DNA of 32,698 bases from Octopus bimaculoides. Taxonomy: Eukaryota. The position numbers and the translations under genes are program-made. Of this stretch, positions 1-9,609 are shown piece after piece. The notes beneath the pieces are model-generated. The model saw nothing but the letters and a program-made list of their open reading frames with translations. It ran no database searches and had not been told where the DNA came from. The DNA lies in assembly GCF_001194135.2 (NCBI RefSeq), contig NC_068982.1:157586027-157618724 (forward strand), in the 5' to 3' direction. The stretch's first letter is position 1; the number at the start of each line of letters is the position of its first letter.

Positions 1-299
1 ATATATATATATATATATATATATACAGACATACTTACATATATGTATACTTGCAATAGATACGTGCAAGATATATATAGCACAAGAATCACTCGCAGAG
101 ACAGTACAAAATAACTGATGCTGCAATCAGTATGAATGTACAAGCTGGCACATATCATTTAATTGTGTTGAGACTTCAGGGTTTTTTGTTTTTTTTACCT
201 CTCACTGCAGTAAAGATTTCTCTGCAGATTACTAAATGATACGAAAGTTTCGAATTATTCAACTGAAAACTTTTCTTCTATTTACTTTGCTATTTTAGT

Positions 300-430
300 G
301 TCATTATTATACGCTTTATATTCGCTTTACAATCTGTGTTCAAATCCTGCGGGAACCAATCTTATCTTCTATGTTTCCGAGGTTGTTGAAATAAAATATT
401 ATTGATATACAGGGTTCAATTTAATCAACA
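300..430 (+). mobile_element. Highly diverged family-A tRNA-derived SINE fragment
   Basis: ctttacaatctgtgttcaaatcc (B-box-like GTTCAAATCC) followed by ttccgaggttgttgaaataaaata; collinear with the better copies at 27845 and 30070. Confidence 0.4.
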
Positions 431-557
431 AGCTGCGCGCCCAAATTTTCAGGTCTTGTATCTATATCAAAAATAGTTTTAGGGTGGTGGATTCGTAGGA
501 TCGTTAGCCTTGCCAAACTTGTTTAGCTTTGTGGCTCGGATTAAATCATAAACTAAA

Positions 558-1110
558 ATCGAAGGTGTAAAAGAGTAGGTATACTTAGGGCACACAATGA
601 ATATGCACTGAGATATGAATGTTGAAATCCCAAAGAGAATAAGGGCAGGATGTAAGGCATTTAACTCAATAAAGGATATGTTCCCAACAAAGTTTAAAAA
701 ATGTCATACGTGCCAGATTTTTCAACAGTACCGTCCTGCCTGTGCACTTCTATGCAAGTTAGACGTGAGCTACTACGAAAAAAATAGAACACCGATTGGC
801 TACAACGCAAAGTACCATGGAAAGATCTATGCTAATAGTATTGCAAACAGAGCACATTTGAAATGAAATAGTTCGAGAAGGGAGCGGAGTGAGCGATATG
901 ATCGTAGTGTACTGAAAGCACAAATTCGGCTTGGTTGGACATACACACGTTCCACAGACATCAAGTGGACCTGTGCAGTTGCCGAATGGTGTCCAAGAGA
1001 TCGGTAGAGGCAACTTTGAAGGTCTCCACGAAGATAGTAAGACGTTTTAGTTATGCAATTTAGGTCAAGATGGAAAAGAATGGCACAATCGAGACACAAT
1101 TGGAAACGTA
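558..1110 (+). mobile_element. RTE-clade LINE remnant (C-terminal part of RT ORF, pseudogenised)
   Basis: Frame-shifted translation IEGVKE*VYLGHTMNMH*DMNVEIPKRIRAGCKAFNSIKD / NSTVLPVHFYAS*T*ATTKKIEHRLATTQSTMERSML / KWTCAVAEWCPRDR / RWKRMAQSRHNW matches the RTE pattern (YxYLG; EIxxRIxxGWxAF; LLYxSETW; MERxMLG). Multiple stops and frameshifts. Confidence 0.85.
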
Positions 1111-1159
1111 TTGAGACCACTGGTTACAGTATCTGATAGCCTAGTTGGTAGTTTAATAT

Positions 1160-1190
1160 ATACATACATACATACATACATACATACAAG

Positions 1191-1234
<44 letters not shown>

Positions 1235-1476
1235 NNNNNNNNNNNNNNNNNNNNNNNNNNNNNNNNNNNNNNNNNNNNNNNNNNNNNNNNNNNNNNNNNN
1301 NNNNNNNNNNNNNNNNNNNNNNNNNNNNNNNNNNNNNNNNNNNNNNNNNNNNNNNNNNNNNNNNNNNNNNNNNNNNNNNNNNNNNNNNNNNNNNNNNNNN
1401 NNNNNNNNNNNNNCATATATGGATATATATATATATATATATATATATGTGCGTGTGTGTGTGTGTGTGTGTATGC

Positions 1477-1509
<33 letters not shown>

Positions 1510-1530
1510 TGTGTGTGTGTGTGTGGGTGT
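1160..1530. repeat. Compound (ACAT)n/(AT)n/(GT)n microsatellite spanning N-gap 1235-1413
   Basis: Directly visible tandem repeats either side of the gap. Confidence 0.95.
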
Positions 1531-1639
1531 GTGCTACTGCAAGTATATATTCGATGCACTAGTACGGGCTATATGAGTGTATTCCCGCTTGTAGATATGT
1601 GTGTACGGTTATGTTATATACCAAATACTGACAGCAGTG

Positions 1640-1830
1640 GTTTGGCAGAAATAGTAGGTTAAAATACGTTATATTGTAGATGTTGAGTTATGTTTATTTA
1701 TGTTCTGAGTTCAAATCTTAGGCAGATCACCTTCGCGTTTCCTTTTTCCAGGTGTTCGATGTGCTAAAAGTTTCGCATAAACAGTCTTGTTGATTTGATC
1801 AACTGAGCCAGTAGGCGGAAATTTATTTCT
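1640..1830 (+). mobile_element. Diverged family-A SINE
   Basis: tggcagaaatagtag head, then ttatgttctgagttcaaatc (B-box-like), ttcgcgtttcc and ttgatttgatcaact; collinear with other family-A copies. Confidence 0.45.
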
Positions 1831-2033
1831 GGATCTATTGTTTCATCGTCCATCCACAGAGGGCTTGCGATTCTTTGTGACCTTTTATAGGGTCTCCCAG
1901 ACTTTAAGTAGGAAGGTATGAATTTATCTTCTGAATTAAAAACCTTTCAGAAATGTTCATAATAAAAATTACCGGTCTTTATTTTAACCAACTTTACCGA
2001 TACGAAATATGCTGAAAACTGTTATAGTCTAAT

Positions 2034-2188
2034 AATACTGATTTTAAATCTTGGCTCAACACCAGCAGTTGTAGAAGGGGATAAATGGCTAAGTCAATCC
2101 CAACGTAATTTGAACTCAAAACGTAAAGCAGAACCAAAGGCTGCTAAGCAGTTTGCCCGTGTGCTAACAATTCTGCCAGCTCTTCATC
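2034..2188 (-). mobile_element. Family-A SINE with ~60-bp internal deletion
   Basis: Reverse complement reads gagctggcagaattgttagcacacgggcaaa...ttttgagttcaaattac...gccaagatttaaaatcagtattatt; the central gataaaataagtac...cgactt block is absent. Confidence 0.8.
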
Positions 2189-2224
2189 CAAATATAGCCT
2201 ACTCGTGTCAATTTATTACATAAA

Positions 2225-2442
2225 GGCACCAAGGTGGCACAATCGTTAGCAGGTAGGAGAAAATGCAAGGTAGTATTTTGTCGGGCATGAAGTTCTGAGT
2301 TTAAATTCCGCCGAAGTCGACTTTGCCTTTCATCTTTTCGAACTCGATAAAACAAGTACCAGTTGAACACCGGCGTCGGTGAAATCGACTTAGACCCTCC
2401 TCTGATCTTGCTCGACTTGTGCAAAAATTTGAAGCCAATATT
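2225..2442 (+). mobile_element. Family-A SINE, near full length
   Basis: ggtggcacaatcgttagc head; ttctgagtttaaattccgccgaagtcgactttgcctttcatc body; gataaaacaagtaccagttga; tail gtgcaaaaatttgaagccaatatt. Confidence 0.85.
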
Positions 2443-2664
2443 AATTTCTTGGGGAGGAAATATTTGTTACAGACATGGATATAAACCATAAAGGGTAGTC
2501 GGCATCAGTAGAGACCTAAGATAACGTCTTACACCGGTAAACAATTTTATATGAATTTACAGACTTATATACAGTGAAGGTCTACTAGCAATGGAATCGT
2601 AAAAGAGCATTACTAATGATATACAAACTGCGTGTGTTTACTCGTGCGTATCTGTATATGTATG

Positions 2665-2670
2665 TGTGTA

Positions 2671-2726
<56 letters not shown>

Positions 2727-2735
2727 TGTGTGTGT
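2665..2735. repeat. (GT)n microsatellite
   Basis: Direct tandem repeat. Confidence 0.95.
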
Positions 2736-3224
2736 CGGACGACAGTAAACAATTTAACAAAATCAGTTCCATGGTTTCACCTATGTCCGATCGGTATTGC
2801 CAATCATTAATACACTGAAGGCAACGTGACCATCCCTTCCGAGGTGAAATCGACAGTGAAATTCCATTGACATCTATGTAAATGAGAAGTAATCAAACAG
2901 GAGATACATTAAATCTCTAACTTTTATTAAAGTGAACACATCATTTGGTAATGTAGATAAGAGCTTCTATCATTATACGCCATCTCATATACATCTTGAA
3001 ATACAACTTTCGGTGATTGAAAGCTTGCTATGATGTAAAGCCACATCAGCTCATGCCCTAACGTGTATCAGAAGTTGTTGGTTTATTCTTTTGTGTTTTA
3101 CACTCTATAAACAATACCAAACACCAACTAGTCTATAATCTTGTATCACCATTTGTTGGATTCAACAGTATATTAATTATTTGTGTGTATGTCACTATAT
3201 TTAATGAACAAAAGCTCGTGTGTC

Positions 3225-3532
3225 ATATATAAATGTGTGTATATACACACACGCACACACATATATATATATACACACATATATATATATATACAGATAT
3301 ATATATACACACATACATATACATATATATATACATACACACACACACATATATTCATATATATATACAGTTAGATAGATGCATAAATACACAATAAAGT
3401 ACGCATGTAACATACATATCTAAGAATATGAGAGTGCACTGTAATTTCATGTAGAATACGATGTTCCTCTATGCTATGTATACATATGTGTGTGTATGCG
3501 TTCATGTATACATGCATCTCACTTTCTCTCTT

Positions 3533-3574
<42 letters not shown>

Positions 3575-3630
3575 AACACACACACATACACACACACACT
3601 CACACTCACACACACACTCACACACACGAA
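3225..3630. repeat. Mixed (AT)n/(AC)n/(TC)n microsatellite cluster
   Basis: Direct tandem repeats interrupted by short unique stretches. Confidence 0.9.
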
Positions 3631-3919
3631 AATAGACATTTTTAGAAATATCACAATATGTGTGCAGCGAACATGTGGGCATATGTCTGTAAATTTACCA
3701 CAGTCATCTACGTGTGAGCGCGTTTGTGTACATATGTTCGTGTATATTTACATAATTAAATCTGTATTTGTATGAAATATATCGCATACATATATATATA
3801 CACACACATATATATACGTACACACACACAGACAAGTGCATACGTAAATTATTTTAGCTCGGAGCATATACTTTTAAATATAAAATGACGTTTAATTAAT
3901 ACGTTTTGTTTCGTTTATC

Positions 3920-4008
3920 ATCACGTGACGGAGAAACCTTTTAAAAGGAGGGTCATTTTTGTGTAGAAATTAACTGAATAGCATTTGACCAAATATGGCG
4001 GAGTAAGT
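3920..4008 (+). promoter_or_regulatory. Candidate promoter and first coding exon (E-box, YY1-type motif, ATG GCG GA|GTAAGT)
   Basis: TCACGTGA palindrome 3921-3928; AATATGGCGG overlapping ATG 3995-3997 with A at -3 and G at +4; consensus donor GTAAGT 4003-4008. Motif evidence only. Confidence 0.35.
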
Positions 4009-4849
4009 GGTAAGACTTCACGTAATCAAATATATACAACTACCTTCTATTGCAATGTCTCTGATTTACTACGTCACTTTTAATTCTTCTAACTCTTCTC
4101 ATACTTCCCGTATAGCCCTTTAAGCCAATTCATTAATTATGTCATATTCAAAAGCCGCCCTATTCTTAAAATCCACTTCCAAAATTAAATAGTAACCATT
4201 TCACATATATGATGACAGCCCTGTAGGAATGGTTAGCAATGCTTTCAGAGAAAATTACCTTAAAAAATATCTAAATTGTTCCGCCCAAGGGGGAGTTTTT
4301 TTCTTTCTCTTCCTTTATGTTTTTCTTTAGAATTTTCTTTCTTTCTGTCTTTCTTTCTCCTTTTCTGTCGTACTTCGTTCTTTTTGTTTTTCTTTCGGCT
4401 AAGGCTAAATACCTAAGTATTGAACTCTGCTATATTGGCATTAAATAGTGCAAATTCTGTTTATTCAGAAAGGCTATATAGTAAAAGGCTAGTTGAGATA
4501 ATAATGTTAAAAGTTACGACACTGTAATTTTCTCTTCCGCGCTCTCTTCCACTCCATTCTCTTCCACCTCTCTCTCTCTCTTCCCTCTCGTTTTCTTTCA
4601 CCCACTCACTTGCCTCCATTTGTATGCCCCACTCCCTTTCTACCTCAGTTTATACAAACTCATGAACACAATTGCCCCATACACACGCATATATATATAC
4701 AACAAAACATACTCACTCACGTCAGCACACATAGGCCGGCAAATCCGTACACACAGGCAAATACACACGAAAAGGCGTACCTGTACACAAAAATGTCTAC
4801 AAACGCAAATACATACATATTGTATATACAAGTACAAACGAATACGAAC

Positions 4850-5467
4850 AAGCACAAACACATGAGCACACACAAACAGACACACACACACACACACACA
4901 CACTCACTCACACACACACACAAAGATTGAGATATATCGATATACACGTAATTGCATGTGAACAGAAATACAAACACACAAGTACACGTGCATCCACACG
5001 CACACACACACACACACACACATGCACGCGCATACACATACACACACACTCAACCACACGCACTCAACCACACACACTCACACACAGCGTAAATAGAAAA
5101 ACAAGTAAAGCACATGCAAATATCTACTAGCGGGAATACACACGTATAACACATACAAATACATCAAATATATACTTGCAATAACATAAACGCACACACA
5201 CCCACACACACACACAAACACACACACACACACACACACACAGAGCAACTCTTTCACAAACATACAAATATATATACTACAGCAGTAATCCATATAGACA
5301 GATGCGTACGTGTATACACACATGTAGGTACGTATCGGCACAGATATGTACAAGCACAAACACATATGGACAGACATGTATAAATACCTACCAGCATAAC
5401 GATAGAAACTTTAAACACACCTAGTCCTACATGCAAACATACAAACTCATAGATAGATTGATAGATT

Positions 5468-5515
<48 letters not shown>

Positions 5516-5545
5516 CATACATACATACATACACACACACATACA
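4850..5545. repeat. (CA)-rich degenerate microsatellite field ending in (GATA)n/(CATA)n
   Basis: Direct tandem repeats; (GATA)n about 5451-5513. Confidence 0.9.
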
Positions 5546-5940
5546 CGTTTATATGTTAACTTTACAAACTATTTTCCCTCTGCCTCCATTTTTTCACTGC
5601 TTCCTCTTTCCCTTAAACGATGCATTAAGTATTTTGATCTGATCAAATCACGGAGAAAAGAGGCTAAGTTCTCCGCCAGAAGCAAGAAATACAACTGGTT
5701 TTACGATCACGTGTCTATTTTGTAACAAAAAGGAAAAAAAAAAAAGAAATGGGAAAAAAGAAAATTAATAATAAATTTAGCAACGTTAAGAATCTCTGTA
5801 AACGCGTTTATTCAACATTGCCAATTTTAGTCCTAAACATTTTAAAACAGTATAAATAACATCAACATTAAAAATGGATTTAAAAGTATATTATTGATAA
5901 TACATGGTACTATTTTGAAAGGGGGTGGTGTGTTGTGTTG

Positions 5941-6030
5941 GTAGATCTGTTAGAGTGTCAAATAACATGCCTTCCGGTATGTAGTTTGCTTCTTTGCACT
6001 CTGGTTTCGAATCTCACCGCAATTAACTCC
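5941..6030 (+). mobile_element. Diverged family-A SINE 5' part
   Basis: tctgttagagtgtc...gccttccggtatgtag...ctttgcactctggtttcgaatctcaccg; B-box-like GGTTTCGAATC, collinear with the family-A head. Confidence 0.4.
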
Positions 6031-6071
6031 CCCATTAGGAGCAAATAAATTAAAAGTTAATCTCGTGTAGT

Positions 6072-6219
6072 AGATCAGCAGAATCCCTAGTACGGCGGAA
6101 ACAAAAGGCTTGCAGTATTTATTCCGATGCTTTTTTTCGTTCTGGGTTCAAAATCACACCGAGTTTCACTTTCTCTTTCATCTCTCCGAAATAGACAAAA
6201 TAAAGTATTTGTCAAGCAC
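6072..6219 (+). mobile_element. Family-A SINE, 3'-truncated at the Tx1-like LINE junction
   Basis: agcagaatccctagtacg...ttcgttctgggttcaaaatc...tttctctttcatc...aaaataaagtatttgtcaagcactg, then an abrupt switch to LINE-coding sequence. Confidence 0.65.
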
Positions 6220-8050
6220 TGCATGAAAACAAATCTAGAATTCGGTCTGTGACGGACCGCAGTGGACATATTCTCTCCGATTCCAAACAGACTAACGTTG
6301 TGTTTCAGCAGTACTTTGCCGAGTGGCATTCTTGAGACAGCAGGCTTTGAGGCCTACCTCGATGGTATGCTGCGCTTATCAGGCAAGGAGATCGTGTGTT
6401 TCAAGAAACCGATTTCAGTGGAGGAAGTGGCAGATGTACTGGGCCGCCGTGTGGGACGCATATCACCTAGATTGAATGGTCTGCCCTATGAACTATATTT
6501 CCACATGTATGACTACTTTGCTCCGGTTTAGGTAGCTAACTATTGCACCTAACAACAGACTGGAAGCATCGCTAGTCGTGTGAGCCGAGGAGTGGTGACG
6601 CTGCTGAGGAAGGGGGATGTGATTGAAAATTCAGGACCATAACTCTACTCAACACTGAGTTAAAGATTTTAGCTAAGATGCTCGCCAAGAGGCTGGTGCT
6701 TGTTATCGGTAGTGTAGTTGGGGATGCACAAACCTGTGCGATCTCCAGTAGATCTATCCACGACAACCTCCACCTCATGTGATACATCGTAATAACGGAT
6801 CGGGAATAGAACTGGCTTTGGAGGGGTGCTCCTCAATTTGGATCAGTCCAAAGCCTTTGACAGGGTGGACCATCGCTATCTGGACTCTACTAAAAGCTGT
6901 CTGTTTCGGTCCCGTCTTTAAATGCTGGATCACCACGATGTATAGTAGCATCTGCTGGGTCGTTAAATTAAATGGCTACCTCTCGTAATCTTTACGGTTG
7001 TGTCTGCTTACGTGGACCACGTCACTGTCATGGTGTTGGACTTTTTGGACATAGAAACAATCGACGCTATATAGAAGGAATATCAGATTTAAACAGGAGA
7101 ACTCACAAATCAGTAGGTTTGCAACTAGGCTCTTGGTGAGGCAAGTCCATGTAGACTAGCGGCGATTTCTGTCGCTGGACGGAGAGTCCGCTGAAAGTGC
7201 TCGAAATCGGGTTGGGCCAAATCTTCAGGTAGATTGGAACTAGGAAGAAGTCATGACTAGGGTGACCAAGCTCACACAAAAACAGGCAGAAAGGAAGCTG
7301 ACACTGAAATGCCGGGCAGAAGTAGCGAATGAATATATCGCCTCGATAGTATACTACCGCCTAGCTGTCGAGCCTTGTCCTAAAAAAACTCTGACCAGAT
7401 TGCAGCGCTTGCTTTTCCGATTCTTATGGATGGATCAGGTTCCGCTTGTCAGAAAATCCATCTAATTTCAACACCCACACCGTGATGGTCTTGGAATGCC
7501 ATCCTTGATGATGCGGCTCCACGCTTTGAGGTTGTCACACCTACAGAAATATTTAAATCAGAACGATGGAATGAACGACGGCGACGAAAATAAGCATAAA
7601 CTGGTGTGAGTGTTCTTCGTGCGACACGTCTTTCTGCAGCTCATCTTATTGGTAGAGCTGCAGCCATGATTCAAAGTAAACCAAGGCTGGGCGTTTGGTA
7701 TTTAGACTGTTGACAGGCGCTCACTGCATTGTAACAGCTGCACAGAATCGTTAGCAGGAAAACATCTCAAGATTTCTATAGCAGGACTTTCGGGTCTAAG
7801 ATCATGGACAGTGTCTAAAAGTCTTCGGCATGGTAGTGCTACGGGGTTGGGGTTTTGCTTGTTCAAAACACGCTCCTCGGGCATGGAAGAGCCAACAACC
7901 GAACCTGCCCGAGCTGCTTGTTGGAGGACGACACAGTCCTGCATGCAATAATCCATTGTCCGTGCATTCCAGAGCTGTAGAACTGTGTGGAGCAGCTGCT
8001 GTCTCGTGTAGCACGCTGGTCGTGGTATTTCGCTTGTCCATAACTTTCAG
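6220..8050 (+). mobile_element. Tx1/L1-clade LINE remnant (RT domain plus C-terminal CCHC knuckle), 5'-truncated, pseudogenised
   Basis: Frame-shifted translation: SPRLNGLPYELY; FRTITLLNTELKILAKMLAKRL; LLNLDQSKAFDRVDH (LDQ...DH 6838-6873); SAYVDHV (YADD equivalent 7009-7020); RKLTLKCRAEVANEYIASIVYYRL...LLFRFLW; HPHRDGLGMP; CPSC-x8-H-x4-C (7906-7959). The RQGCPLSP segment is deleted. Confidence 0.9.
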
Positions 8051-8162
8051 ATGTTTTAACACCATGCGAATTGATGAGAATATATTCTGTTGCACCAATA
8101 AACGCAGCCTACCCATGAACTAGCAAGACACATACCTTATGTGTGTTCGACGTTGTTTTTAT

Positions 8163-8181
8163 GCACACACACACACACACA

Positions 8182-8228
<47 letters not shown>
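8163..8228. repeat. (CA)n microsatellite
   Basis: Direct tandem repeat. Confidence 0.95.
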
Positions 8229-8233
<5 letters not shown>

Positions 8234-8255
8234 TGTGTGTGTCCATGGAAATCTA

Positions 8256-8393
8256 TTACTTGAACGAAGTAAATATGAAATAGTTCGGTGTATAAGTAGA
8301 ACAACATATTCAACCATACATACACAGATACACAGATACATAATTAGCTATACGCATACACACTTATACATCCACTTATATACATATGTATGC

Positions 8394-8427
<34 letters not shown>

Positions 8428-8676
8428 NNNNNNNNNNNNNNNNNNNNNNNNNNNNNNNNNNNNNNNNNNNNNNNNNNNNNNNNNNNNNNNNNNNTCAACC
8501 ATACATACACAGATACACAGATACATAATTAGCTATACGCATACACACTTATACATCCACTTATATACATATGTATGCATGTATATATATATATATACAT
8601 GTATGTATGTATGTATGTTTGTATCTGTACTTATATAAATACACCTGACTGTTTCATATTTACTTCGTTCAAGTGA
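8256..8676. mobile_element. TA-flanked foldback/MITE-like element with a microsatellite core
   Basis: Perfect 23-bp inverted repeat acttgaacgaagtaaatatgaaa (8258-8280) / tttcatatttacttcgttcaagt (8652-8674), extending imperfectly inward (ggtg...tataagta). TA at 8254-8255 and 8677-8678. The interior contains an N-gap. Confidence 0.7.
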
Positions 8677-9309
8677 TATATATTTAGAATTTATTAGACT
8701 AGAGGTGATATCCTTTCTGGTTGCTATTTACTCACCTATTATTAATTTACGGCGTGTTTGTTCCCTCTTACTTGCGTTCAATGTTCTGAAACGAACTGTT
8801 GTGTGTGTCTTTGTCAATAGTGTTGTTTGTCAATTGAATAGAGTACTGTTTAATACAGTAACTCTATTTGCAAGTGCAAATTCAACGACAACAGGCGCCC
8901 TCTCTAATTAACTGGTCAAATAACTATCGATTCTTTATTTTATTATTAATGTATTTCTAACTGGCTGAAAGGGATTGGTTGCAAAGAGAAACCAAATAGA
9001 ATAATAGATACATTTTGAGTGTGTGTGTGTGTGTGTGTGTGTGAGGAAAAGAGTGAATAAGAGAGAGAGTTATAGAGAGGGAGAGAAAAGAGAGCGAAAG
9101 CGAGATAGAGGGAAAAAGAGAGAAAGAGAGGGAGAGATAGTATATGTGTCAGTGCTTGTCAGATTGTCAGAAGGAGAAAGAAAAGGGGTGAACGTATTAG
9201 AGAAAACGGGAAAGAGACTCAGATAAAGAGAAAAAGAGAGAGAGATATAGCAAGAAAGACCGGGGGAGAGAAAGAGAGAGACAGAGACAGACAGACAGTT
9301 AGATAGAGC

Positions 9310-9312
<3 letters not shown>

Positions 9313-9406
<94 letters not shown>
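9313..9406. repeat. (AG)n microsatellite
   Basis: Pure dinucleotide run. Confidence 0.97.
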
Positions 9407-9408
<2 letters not shown>

Positions 9409-9609
9409 TATTTAATGAAGCGTGGAAACTAATTGATTGAGAGTTTTTAAAGACTAAGGCAGAGAGGAAGAGAAAAAAGAACTTGAACTGAAAAAACTAA
9501 GTCGTGTGCAAGAGAGAGATTTCTCTTTTAGTTTTAGTCGTTATACTTCAGACATGCTCGAGCAATAAACGTATTTCACCTATGAAATCGATCCACTATT
9601 TATTTTAAA

